From assembly GCA_964518775.1 (NCBI GenBank), contig CAZFJD010000002.1, positions 1 through 32,448 on the forward strand: DNA of 32,448 bases. Reading direction: 5' to 3'. Below are positions 17,376 to 25,862 of this stretch, one piece after another (the first letter of the stretch is position 1; every line of letters starts with the position of its first letter). A program made the position numbers and the translations under genes. The notes under the pieces were generated by a model. It was not told where the DNA came from. It worked only from the letters and a program-made list of their open reading frames with translations, and did not search any database. Source of the DNA: an uncultured Syntrophaceae bacterium. Lineage in GTDB: Bacteria; Desulfobacterota; BSN033; UBA1163.

Positions 17376-17410
17376 TTTCGAATTTCGAAATTCGGATTTA
17401 GAAATTTGCA
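17376..17410. repeat. Five tandem heptamers: TTTCGAA TTTCGAA ATTCGGA TTTAGAA ATTTGCA
   Basis: A 7-bp periodic array ending 13 nt upstream of the GntR start codon. Its core ATTTCG is the reverse complement of the CGAAAT core in the left-hand copies. Confidence 0.7.
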
Positions 17411-17423
17411 GGGTTAAGAATTT

Positions 17424-18134
17424 ATGCCTTTAAAACCGGTTCAAAAGATTCTGGTTTCGGATGGCATCCTGGAACAACTCCGGGAGATGATCCATGCTGG
17501 AGAGCTTTCTCCGGGTGAGAGGCTTCCTTCGGAGATGAAGATGGCAGAGCATCTCTCTGTCAGTCGAAGCTCATTAAGGGAAGCCTTAAATGCCCTTATC
17601 CACCTCGGTTATTTGTATCGCCAGAGCAAGGGTACCTATGTGGCTCCTGAAGCACATTGGCCAACGAATCTCTCTTTCTATTTTTCAAGATCTTTAGAGG
17701 ACCAAAAAATTGCAGAGATGATCGAAGTCCGGAAGATCATTGAAACAGAGCTCTCTGCTTTAGCGGCAAAGCGGGCAGAACCAGAGGACATCAAGGCATT
17801 GGAAGAAAGTCTTCACCAGATGGAAGTTCATTTCGATGATTCCAAAGCGTTCATTAATTCAGATCATCACTTTCACCTCTGTATTGCCAAAGCAGCCAAA
17901 AACAGCATCCTGGGAGATTTTATCGATAAAGTCCGTGATCTCCTTAAGGACAACATCGCGCTGATCATCCAAAAGTCCTCTATCAGCAGACGATCCTTGC
18001 GCTACCACCAGCAGATCTTTGAAGCCATTCGGAACGGAGATGCTTCTCGAGCGAGACGTGTCATGGCAGAGCACATTGCCGATATTGAGAAGGAATTTGT
18101 TAAAATCCTCTACCGACCCAATCCATCTTCTTGA
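17424..18134 (+). CDS. GntR-family transcriptional regulator, FadR subfamily (wHTH plus FCD domain)
   Basis: 236 aa. The wHTH reads GERLPSEMKMAEHLSVSRSSLREALNALIHLGYL. The C-terminal helical FCD-type domain contains DHHFHLCIAKAAKN. Confidence 0.9.
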   Translation: MPLKPVQKILVSDGILEQLREMIHAGELSPGERLPSEMKMAEHLSVSRSSLREALNALIHLGYLYRQSKGTYVAPEAHWPTNLSFYFSRSLEDQKIAEMIEVRKIIETELSALAAKRAEPEDIKALEESLHQMEVHFDDSKAFINSDHHFHLCIAKAAKNSILGDFIDKVRDLLKDNIALIIQKSSISRRSLRYHQQIFEAIRNGDASRARRVMAEHIADIEKEFVKILYRPNPSS

Positions 18135-18218
18135 AGACAGAATTAGAATACGTTACAAGGGTTCGATACTTTATACATATTTTTATCATCTCTGATTTTA
18201 ATTAACACGGAGGGAAAA

Positions 18219-19067
18219 ATGGTTAAGAAAGTGACTTACGCAATGGAAGAGATGGCGTATCCTGATATCCAAAAAATTCTCAAAACGACCGATGTCGTAC
18301 TCATCCCTATTGGGAGCCAAGAGAAACATGGGCCCCATGTTCCTCTGGCTACCGACTCAATCGCAACGATCGCCACCACAAGGATGGCGGCTGAAAAGGC
18401 AAAAGTGCCCTATACCCCCATGATCCCTGTCGGATATTCACCTCACCATATGGGAAAGGTGAACGATGGAATCGGAACGCTCACTTTCAGTGGAGAGACA
18501 TTCCGCCGTATCGTTTATGAGTTGGGTAGAAGCTTGATCTACCATGGGTTCAATAAATTGATCTATACCAGCCAGCACGCATCGAATTCAAAGGTGGTGG
18601 ATGAGGTGTTACGCCGTCTACGGTATGAAACAGGATGCTTTGTGGCCTGGTACATGACACCTACGGAACGCAGGACCGAGGTCATAAGAGACATTTTGGA
18701 TGAGAAGATTGCCTGGCATTCAGGAGAGATGGAGACAGCACAGTGTCTGGCCTATGACGAATCGATCGTACATATGGAGCGAGCCAAGAAACATATGGCC
18801 CATGCCCCTCAATGGTTGGGACCTGCCTTCGCGAAGACGGATGGGGTCCCCACCGTTATATTTCAAGGCTCCGAGAATATCTGGATTCCGATGGAACACC
18901 ATGAATATGCCGAAGAGGCGACCATTGGTGACCCATTCCTCGGCACCAAAGAGAAGGGTAAACGCATCTTCGAAAAAGCCTCACAGAACTTGGCGGATTT
19001 CGTGAAAGAGGTGAAAAAGATAAAGGTAGAAATCAAGGTTAGAGATTATGACTTCCGGGCATGGTAG
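18219..19067 (+). CDS. Creatininase-family amidohydrolase, paralog 2
   Basis: 282 aa, collinear with 16394-17251 (GSQEKHGPHVPLATD, TSQHASN, WHSGEMET). RBS GGAGGG lies upstream. Confidence 0.85.
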   Translation: MVKKVTYAMEEMAYPDIQKILKTTDVVLIPIGSQEKHGPHVPLATDSIATIATTRMAAEKAKVPYTPMIPVGYSPHHMGKVNDGIGTLTFSGETFRRIVYELGRSLIYHGFNKLIYTSQHASNSKVVDEVLRRLRYETGCFVAWYMTPTERRTEVIRDILDEKIAWHSGEMETAQCLAYDESIVHMERAKKHMAHAPQWLGPAFAKTDGVPTVIFQGSENIWIPMEHHEYAEEATIGDPFLGTKEKGKRIFEKASQNLADFVKEVKKIKVEIKVRDYDFRAW

Positions 19068-19120
19068 TCTGGTGAACTCTGGTCTCTCAACTTCATGACA
19101 AAAGGGGAAGATGCTTTAGG

Positions 19121-19936
19121 GTGGTCTTCAAAAACCGCGTCAAAAAGAGATTAAGAGAGGGGAAAATCATGCTGGGCCCCATGGTTTCTGAGATCAGGAG
19201 TCCCGGGATAGCCGTTCTATTTGCACAGGCAGGTTTTGATTTTTTCCTTATCGATATGGAACATTCGTGTTTCACAACAGAGACGATGAGCGATATGATC
19301 CTCGCTGCCCGTGCTGCAGGCATATCGCCGATTGTGAGGGCGGCAACCCGGACATCCTCTGAGCATCTTTCTAAACCCCTTGATTCCGGCGCTGAAGGAC
19401 TGTTGATTCCACAAATTCAGACGCGGGAGGATGTTGAAAAGATCGTTCGATGGTGCCGATATTTTCCTATCGGTGAACGGGGAATGGCATTGTCTCGCCA
19501 GCATACATTCTTTGTGGCAAGCAATCCCGTTGAGACAATGAGTCAATTGAACGAAGAGATTCTTATTGCTCTCCAGATCGAACATCGAGATGCCATTGAA
19601 CGGCTTCCTGAAATTCTTTCTGTTCCGGGGATAGACGTCGCTTTCGTTGGACCCGCTGACCTTTCAACCTCTTTGGGAAAACCCGGCCAGAGCGAAGATC
19701 CAAAGGTCATTGACGCAATCCATCGAGTCGTTAAGGTATCTAAAACGCATGGGATTACTCCAGGTATACACACCGATTCATTGAAAGCGGCAAAATATTG
19801 GATCCGAGAAGGAATGCAGATGATCGGTTTCTACACGGACATCAAATTGATTCTCGAAATATGCAAGAACTCTGTCAAGGAACTCAGGACATCCATTGAA
19901 GAGATGGAGGGCAAGGAAGGGTTCGATGTGAGGTAA
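19121..19936 (+). CDS. HpcH/HpaI-family (class II, divalent-metal) 2-keto-3-deoxy-acid aldolase
   Basis: 271 aa with a GTG start. The family pattern is present: FKNRVKKRLREGK...G, AGFDFFLIDMEHS, later LIPQI and GPADLS. Confidence 0.85.
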   Translation: MVFKNRVKKRLREGKIMLGPMVSEIRSPGIAVLFAQAGFDFFLIDMEHSCFTTETMSDMILAARAAGISPIVRAATRTSSEHLSKPLDSGAEGLLIPQIQTREDVEKIVRWCRYFPIGERGMALSRQHTFFVASNPVETMSQLNEEILIALQIEHRDAIERLPEILSVPGIDVAFVGPADLSTSLGKPGQSEDPKVIDAIHRVVKVSKTHGITPGIHTDSLKAAKYWIREGMQMIGFYTDIKLILEICKNSVKELRTSIEEMEGKEGFDVR

Positions 19937-19975
19937 AGGCGTTTCTAAGGCACAGCGGGTGAAGAGGAGATTTCG

Positions 19976-21052
19976 ATGGCGATACCGGAAAACATGAAAG
20001 CAGCTGTCCTGATGGGTCCCAATCACCTCGAAATGAAAGAGGTGAAAACACCCCAGCCTGGACCTGTAGATGTTCTCATCAGAGTGGGGGCCTGCGCTGT
20101 CTGCAGCAGCGATGTGAGTCTCATTGCGAAACCGTGGGCCGGACAACCTCCCTATGGAGAGTTTATACCCGGTCATGAGTATGCAGGGACAGTGGTAGCC
20201 CTTGGAGAGACCGTTGACGAATTCAAGATCGGAGATCGGGTAGCTGTAGAAGCCCATCTGGGATGTATGCGTTGCCGGAACTGCAGGCTTGGAAATTATA
20301 CGGCTTGTCTAAACTATGGGAGGAAAGGGCATCGCGCCAACGGATTTACCGCCAATGGGGGATATGCTCAGTATGCAGTCAACCATGTGAACACGGTCTA
20401 CCCCATTCCTGATTCCGTCCATTTTGACGAAGCCTCCTTGATTACCAATCTGGGATGTGTGCTTTATGGGTTTGAAACAGTCGGGGGCTACATTGTCGGC
20501 GATCATGTGGCGGTCATCGGCCCTGGTCCTTTAGGTCTGATTTCTGTTCAGGTGGCTAAAGCCCTGGCGGCTGGAAGAGTCTATCTCATAGGGACCCGAG
20601 AATCGCGGCTCAAGGTTGGAGAGGAAGTAGGTGCAGATCTTGTGGTCAATGTCAATGAGGAGGACCCTGTCAAGGTGATCTTGGACGAAACGCGGGACAT
20701 CGGAGCCGATCTCGTGATCGAGACCTCAGGAGGAATGGAAGCGCCTCAGATGGCTATCGACATGGCAAAGAGGATGGGCAAGATATTGATGCTCGGATTA
20801 CCTCATGAGGTGGTTCCGGTCAATTTTGAAAAGTTTGTACAGGAAAACAAATCCATTTTTACTGTTCGTGGGGAGGGATGGGCGAATTGTGCCAGAGCCG
20901 TCTCCCTCTTAGCCTCGGGACGAGTAAATTTGAGACACCTCGTGACCCATTCTTTCCCATTAGAGGATATCTCAGAAGCCTTCAGAACATTTACAGAACG
21001 ACAAGGCGGTGCGATCAAGGTTACGGTGAACCCTAACAGAGATTCATCATGA
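19976..21052 (+). CDS. Zn-dependent medium-chain dehydrogenase/reductase (sorbitol/threonine-dehydrogenase-like)
   Basis: 358 aa. It has catalytic Zn ligands (CAVCSSD, GHEYAG), the structural Zn Cys cluster CMRCRNCRLGNYTAC and the Rossmann motif VIGPGPLG. Confidence 0.9.
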   Translation: MAIPENMKAAVLMGPNHLEMKEVKTPQPGPVDVLIRVGACAVCSSDVSLIAKPWAGQPPYGEFIPGHEYAGTVVALGETVDEFKIGDRVAVEAHLGCMRCRNCRLGNYTACLNYGRKGHRANGFTANGGYAQYAVNHVNTVYPIPDSVHFDEASLITNLGCVLYGFETVGGYIVGDHVAVIGPGPLGLISVQVAKALAAGRVYLIGTRESRLKVGEEVGADLVVNVNEEDPVKVILDETRDIGADLVIETSGGMEAPQMAIDMAKRMGKILMLGLPHEVVPVNFEKFVQENKSIFTVRGEGWANCARAVSLLASGRVNLRHLVTHSFPLEDISEAFRTFTERQGGAIKVTVNPNRDSS

Positions 21053-21320
21053 GGCGAAAGAGACTCTTAGAGGGATAAACAAGAGTGATTGAGGGCCGAT
21101 AAGGGCTACTCCTTTATTTGAAGGAGGTCGACGACCGGTGGAAAAGAATCCTTTCCAGATAAAGGTCTGTTTGAACACTGAAGCCTCGTCCCAATTTTTC
21201 TGGAACGGAGTTAGTTCAAGAAGCCCTCCCGGTTAACTGAATTCGTTTTTACTTGCAATTTCGACGGAATTTCATTAATGTCAGCAAGACTCACGAATGG
21301 CAAAAGGTTAGGGGGAGAAC

Positions 21321-21333
21321 AGAAACGGTTTCT
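21321..21333. promoter_or_regulatory. Perfect palindrome AGAAAC-G-GTTTCT, a LacI-family-operator-like site
   Basis: 6-bp arms around one central base, 27 nt upstream of the SBP start codon. It resembles the AAACG/CGTTT-centred LacI/RbsR/CcpA-type operators. Confidence 0.4.
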
Positions 21334-21359
21334 AATTAATCAAATTAAAGGAGGTTGTC

Positions 21360-22304
21360 ATGAAGACACTGAAGAGGATCACAAAGCATTGGAAGTTGTT
21401 TTTGGTAATGACGCTATTTCCATTGGTGTTGTGGCTTGCGCCTCCAGCCATGGCAAAGGACCTGATTGCTGCCAGTATTGCCAATCAGATCAACCAGGCT
21501 TGGATCAATATGGCCAATGGCATCAAGCATGAGTGTAAGCAACTCGGGTATGACCTTCTCCTTGTGGACGCGGAAGACAAGACGGCGAAACAGATTGCCG
21601 ATACGGAAGATGCCCTGACCAAGAATCCTAAAGTTCTTCTCCTGACCGGTGTGGATAAGGGTACAGCCCAGCTCATTGACATGGCTAAGAAAAAGGGAAT
21701 CCCCACGATTACATTGATGCGGGACTATGGTGGTGACGTTGTTTCCTACATTGGGGTGGACAATGAAAGGATTGGGGAAATGATCATTGAATGGTACGCC
21801 AATTACCTGAAAGGCCGGAAATCGAAGGTCATCATCATTACCGGTACACCGGGAGCCGCTTCGAGTGTCGACCGCGAAAGGGGAGTAGATACGATGTTGA
21901 AGAAATATCCAAACATCATCGAGGTCGCCCGGCAATCTGGCTACTACAGACGGGAAAAGACTTTGCCCGTGGCGGAAGATCTGCTCCAGCGTCACTCGGA
22001 TGTGGAAGCCGTCTTAGGATTCAATGACGAGATTGCGATGGGAACGCTCGCTGCGGCCAAGGCGCAGAAACGGAAGCTGATCATTACCGGCACGGACGGT
22101 AATGCCGATGCCTTGAAGGTCATTGCAGCGGGGGATATCACCATGACCATAGCGTGGGATTTTTTTGAGAATGGACGTAAAGGTGTTCAATTCGCGGATA
22201 TGGTGATCAAGGGAAAGGCCGTTCCTAAAAAGTACAGCATGGAAATATTTTTCGTCACCAAGGAAAATGCGGAGAAGATTTACGCAAAATTCGGTTACAA
22301 GTAA
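21360..22304 (+). CDS. Sugar ABC transporter periplasmic substrate-binding protein (PBP type I, RbsB-like)
   Basis: 314 aa. The signal peptide ends ...APPAMA/KD. The two-lobed PBP1 pattern is present (IITGTPGAASSVDRERG, LGFNDEIAMG, TGTDGN). RBS AAAGGAGG lies upstream. Confidence 0.9.
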   Translation: MKTLKRITKHWKLFLVMTLFPLVLWLAPPAMAKDLIAASIANQINQAWINMANGIKHECKQLGYDLLLVDAEDKTAKQIADTEDALTKNPKVLLLTGVDKGTAQLIDMAKKKGIPTITLMRDYGGDVVSYIGVDNERIGEMIIEWYANYLKGRKSKVIIITGTPGAASSVDRERGVDTMLKKYPNIIEVARQSGYYRREKTLPVAEDLLQRHSDVEAVLGFNDEIAMGTLAAAKAQKRKLIITGTDGNADALKVIAAGDITMTIAWDFFENGRKGVQFADMVIKGKAVPKKYSMEIFFVTKENAEKIYAKFGYK

Positions 22305-22331
22305 CCCCACCCTGAATGGTGAGAGAAAGGC

Positions 22332-22365
22332 GTTGCGGGAGGGGGAATTTTCCTCCTCCCGCAAC
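22332..22365 (+). promoter_or_regulatory. Strong 14-bp hairpin at the SBP/ATPase junction
   Basis: GTTGCGGGAGGGGG-aatttt-CCTCCTCCCGCAAC, with one G-U pair. It begins 28 nt after the SBP stop codon, and TTG 22333 sits in its 5' arm. Confidence 0.7.
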
Positions 22366-23856
22366 ACCCTCGCTCTTCACCATATTAGTAAGGCCTTCCC
22401 AGGGGTCCAGGCTCTGGCCAATGTTTCGTTCGATATCCGTCTGGGAGAAGTGCATGCCCTCATTGGTGAGAATGGAGCCGGCAAGTCGACCCTCCTGAAG
22501 ATCCTGAGCGGCGCCCATCAGGCCGACGCAGGAAGGATCACCATTAATGGTCAAGAGGTCTTGATTGATAGTCCGCGCACGGCACGTAGATTGGGTATTG
22601 TCGTCATCTACCAGGAACTGATTCTGGTGCCTTGGTTAAATGTGGCTCACAACCTTTTCCTTGGTCGGGAAAGGCAGATCGGTCGTGGGCTGCTCTCCAT
22701 GAAACGACTTCACAGCATGGCTCGTGAAGAACTCTCCAAGCTAGGTATTTACATCGATACTGATATCCCTGTCGCAGAGCTAGGAGTTGCCGAACAACAG
22801 ATGGTGGAGATTACCCGAGCTCTGAGCGAGGAAGCACAGTTCCTATTGATGGATGAACCGACCGCATCCTTGACCGAACGTGAAATTGAGATTCTCTTTG
22901 AGAAGATTGATGCACTGAGACGTTCAGGTGTGGGCATTGCCTATATCTCCCATCGTTTAGAGGAGATTCCGCGGATCGCCGACCGTGTCACGGTTCTGAG
23001 AGATGGTGCGGTGGTCTTTAGCAGACGTGTCTCGGAAGTGACACTCAGTGATCTTATAGCAAAAATGGTAGGACGGCCGATCGCTGATCATTATCCGGAA
23101 CGAACGCCCTCAAAGGGGGTCGAGGTCCTCCGTGTTGAACCGCCCTCCCAGGCCCAACGGACCCGAACGATCAGGGTTCATGCGGGCGAGGTGGTCGGGC
23201 TGGCAGGTCTTGTCGGGGCGGGACGAACGGAATGGGCCTGGCGTCTGGTCGGAGCATCGCCAGGAAAGGGCGAGCGGGTCTGGGTCTTCGGCGAAGAAGC
23301 CCACATCACTTCACCGTCGAAGGCAAGAGAACTTGGTATCGGTATGGTTCCGGAGAATAGGAAAACTCATGGGCTCGTGCTCAGTCGAACCGTCTGTGAC
23401 AACATCTCGATGACGGTCATTGACCGCCTCTGCAACTGGGGCAGATTTATCGATCGCCGGCGTCAATCTCAGATCTCCAAGAAGTATGTCGACCGCCTTA
23501 GGATTCGCTGTCCTAACGATAACGTTGGCGTCGATACATTGAGCGGAGGCAACCAACAGAAGATCGTGCTCGCCAAATGGCTTGCCCGAGATTGCCAAGT
23601 CATCATTCTTGACGAGCCTACCCGCGGCATCGATGTTGGAGCAAAGTTTGAGATGTACACCCTGATCAATGAGTTGAGCCAGCAAGGGAAAGCGGTCATA
23701 TTCATTTCTTCAGACTTACCCGAACTCATATCGATGAGTGACAGGGTTTATGTCATGCACCATGGAGATTTCGTTGCTGACCTCGACGCCAAGCAGACGT
23801 CACAGGAAGAGGTCATGCACTTTGCTTCGGGATACTTCGAAAGGGCTGCAGAATGA
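22333..23856 (+). CDS. Sugar ABC transporter ATP-binding protein with two fused ABC domains (CUT2, RbsA/MglA-like)
   Basis: Walker A GENGAGKST, and a signature LSGGNQQK in the second half. The start is uncertain. TTG 22333 gives a family-typical 507 aa. The longest ORF starts at ATG 22267, gives 529 aa and overlaps the SBP gene by 38 nt. Confidence 0.9.
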   Translation: MREGEFSSSRNTLALHHISKAFPGVQALANVSFDIRLGEVHALIGENGAGKSTLLKILSGAHQADAGRITINGQEVLIDSPRTARRLGIVVIYQELILVPWLNVAHNLFLGRERQIGRGLLSMKRLHSMAREELSKLGIYIDTDIPVAELGVAEQQMVEITRALSEEAQFLLMDEPTASLTEREIEILFEKIDALRRSGVGIAYISHRLEEIPRIADRVTVLRDGAVVFSRRVSEVTLSDLIAKMVGRPIADHYPERTPSKGVEVLRVEPPSQAQRTRTIRVHAGEVVGLAGLVGAGRTEWAWRLVGASPGKGERVWVFGEEAHITSPSKARELGIGMVPENRKTHGLVLSRTVCDNISMTVIDRLCNWGRFIDRRRQSQISKKYVDRLRIRCPNDNVGVDTLSGGNQQKIVLAKWLARDCQVIILDEPTRGIDVGAKFEMYTLINELSQQGKAVIFISSDLPELISMSDRVYVMHHGDFVADLDAKQTSQEEVMHFASGYFERAAE

Positions 23857-24806
23857 CCTCCAAACTCTCTTCTCAGTTCATCACGAGAGTGATTTCACGG
23901 TATGGCTCTATCCTGATTCTGATCGTTCTTCTGGTCGCCATGTCGTTAGCGACACCAGAATTTTCGAAGATCAACAATTTAACTAACGTCGCCCGACAGG
24001 TTTCGATCGTCGCTATCATTGCGACTGGCATGACCTTTGTCATTATTACAGCGGGTATCGATCTCTCGGTGGGATCCCTTGTCGCATTAACCGCCTGTAT
24101 CGCCATGACCGTGATCGACAAACTCGGCTGGAACTACATTGGACTGGCCACGGGGATTTTTGTCGGTGCCCTCGGTGGGGCAGTCAACGGTGCGCTGATT
24201 GCATGGGCTCGGGTTCCTCCCTTTATCTGCACCTTGGCCGGGCTGACGGTCTTCAGAGGACTAGCCCTGATTGTGACAAAGGGTGTTCCCATCATCCGGT
24301 TTGAAGGCAGTTTTCGTTTTATCGGTCAGGGTGTCGTTTGGGGTATCCCCGTTCCGGTTATCCTCATGGCGGTCGTGGTGTTGTTCATGCAGATTGTACT
24401 CCGTAGGTCAGCCTTCGGAGCTTATGTCTACGCGGTTGGGGGTAATGAGGAAGCAAGCCGGCTGGCTGGCATCAAAGTGTCATGGATAAAGTTTTGGACC
24501 TATGTCCTCTGCGGTCTTCTCACAGGACTGGCAGGAATGGTGCTGATGGCCCGTCTCTCTTCCGCCCAACCGGCTGTCGGCGAGGGCTTTGAACTTGACG
24601 CAATTGCTGCCGTGGTGCTCGGCGGAACGAGCCTTATGGGCGGTCGTGGCACCGTCTGGAACACGCTGGTTGGAGCCTTTGTCATCGGTGTCCTCAACAA
24701 TGGTATGAACCTGATGGGGGTGCATACCCACTATCAACTCGTAGCCAAGGGCGGGATCATCGTTCTTGCCGTTCTATTAGATGCCTATCTAAAAAAGCGA
24801 CGATAG
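23853..24806 (+). CDS. Sugar ABC transporter permease (RbsC/BPD_transp_2 type)
   Basis: 317 aa polytopic protein with family stretches (ITAGIDLSVGS, GGNEEASRLAGI). The ATGA overlap with the ATPase stop indicates coupling. Confidence 0.9.
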   Translation: MTSKLSSQFITRVISRYGSILILIVLLVAMSLATPEFSKINNLTNVARQVSIVAIIATGMTFVIITAGIDLSVGSLVALTACIAMTVIDKLGWNYIGLATGIFVGALGGAVNGALIAWARVPPFICTLAGLTVFRGLALIVTKGVPIIRFEGSFRFIGQGVVWGIPVPVILMAVVVLFMQIVLRRSAFGAYVYAVGGNEEASRLAGIKVSWIKFWTYVLCGLLTGLAGMVLMARLSSAQPAVGEGFELDAIAAVVLGGTSLMGGRGTVWNTLVGAFVIGVLNNGMNLMGVHTHYQLVAKGGIIVLAVLLDAYLKKRR

Positions 24807-24819
24807 GAAGCGTGAGAAA

Positions 24820-25842
24820 GTGAAGGCCGCTGTATTGCATCAAGCGGGTCATCCCCTTCAAATCGAGGAGGTCCCAGAACCTCAGATCGGCCCGGACGAA
24901 GTTCTGATCCGCACCAAGGCATGTGGCATTTGCGGGACAGATCTTCACATCCGGGATGGATGGGGATATACACCAGACCTTCCGTTTATTATGGGGCATG
25001 AACCAGCGGGTGTCGTCACTCAGGTTGGCGAAAATGTGGTGCGGTTCAAGCTGGGTGACCGTGTTGTCCCCAACATCTTTTTTTCCTGTGGCGATTGCAT
25101 CTATTGCCGTACCAATCGAGAGACACAATGTGTCAATCTGAATGGAATCCTTGGGGTTCTAAAACAGCCAGGGGGTTATGGCGAATATTTTAAAGTTCCT
25201 GCCCGTCAGTTATTCCACCTTCCGGACAACGTCTCCTTCTTGGAAGGTTCGATCATTGCTGATGCCGTTGTCACAGGTGTCCATGCGGCGAAGAGGGGCC
25301 GAGTCAGTCCAGGAGAGGACGTGTTGGTGATCAGCATCGGAGGATGTGGGGCAGCTGCGGTCCAAATCTGTAAGGCTTATGGAGCGAATGTCATCAGCGT
25401 GGTTCGTTCCTCCGAAAAACAGAGAAGAGCCAAAGAATTGGGTGCAGATGAGGCTCTAAACTCCCAAGAAGTTGATGTCCCTATGGCAGCGAAGAAACTA
25501 ACAGGCGGACTTGGAGTCCAGTGTGTGATCGATGCTGTCGGCAATGAAGAAACCCTTAGGCAGGGCGTCGACAGTCTCTGCCACGGAGGCCGGCTTGTCA
25601 TCTTAGGGTATATGCAGGATCGTTATCCTCTCGATCCTAGAAAGATCGCTGTCCATGAATTGGAGATCCTCGGCACCCGTTCAGGCGGTAGACAAGACAC
25701 GGCCAATGCCATTCAACTCGTTGCGGAGAAAGGGTGGAAACCCATCGTGACGAATACCTTTCCCATCGAAGAGGTCGAGGTGGCCCATCAATTCATGCGT
25801 GAAGCAAAGGCCTTAGGTCGCATCGTTCTAACCCATGATTAG
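24820..25842 (+). CDS. Zn-dependent medium-chain alcohol/polyol dehydrogenase
   Basis: 340 aa with a GTG start. It carries CGICGTDLH, GHEPAG and the structural Zn cluster CGDCIYCRTNRETQC. Confidence 0.9.
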   Translation: MKAAVLHQAGHPLQIEEVPEPQIGPDEVLIRTKACGICGTDLHIRDGWGYTPDLPFIMGHEPAGVVTQVGENVVRFKLGDRVVPNIFFSCGDCIYCRTNRETQCVNLNGILGVLKQPGGYGEYFKVPARQLFHLPDNVSFLEGSIIADAVVTGVHAAKRGRVSPGEDVLVISIGGCGAAAVQICKAYGANVISVVRSSEKQRRAKELGADEALNSQEVDVPMAAKKLTGGLGVQCVIDAVGNEETLRQGVDSLCHGGRLVILGYMQDRYPLDPRKIAVHELEILGTRSGGRQDTANAIQLVAEKGWKPIVTNTFPIEEVEVAHQFMREAKALGRIVLTHD

Positions 25843-25862
25843 TTTGTTGTGGAAATTGAGAA

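Noticed and set aside
17274-17410. Heptamer arrays as a CRISPR or other spacer-containing array
   Set aside because: The units are only 7 bp with no unique spacers of 25-40 bp, and there are no cas genes. This is a short tandem/inverted repeat region, not a CRISPR array.
19778-20257. 159-aa minus-strand ORF spanning the HpcH/ADH junction
   Set aside because: It is antisense to two well-supported CDSs and has no motifs.
21414-21995. 193-aa minus-strand ORF inside the SBP gene, plus 21278-21532 on the plus strand
   Set aside because: These are shadow frames. The SBP frame has a signal peptide, an RBS and family motifs.
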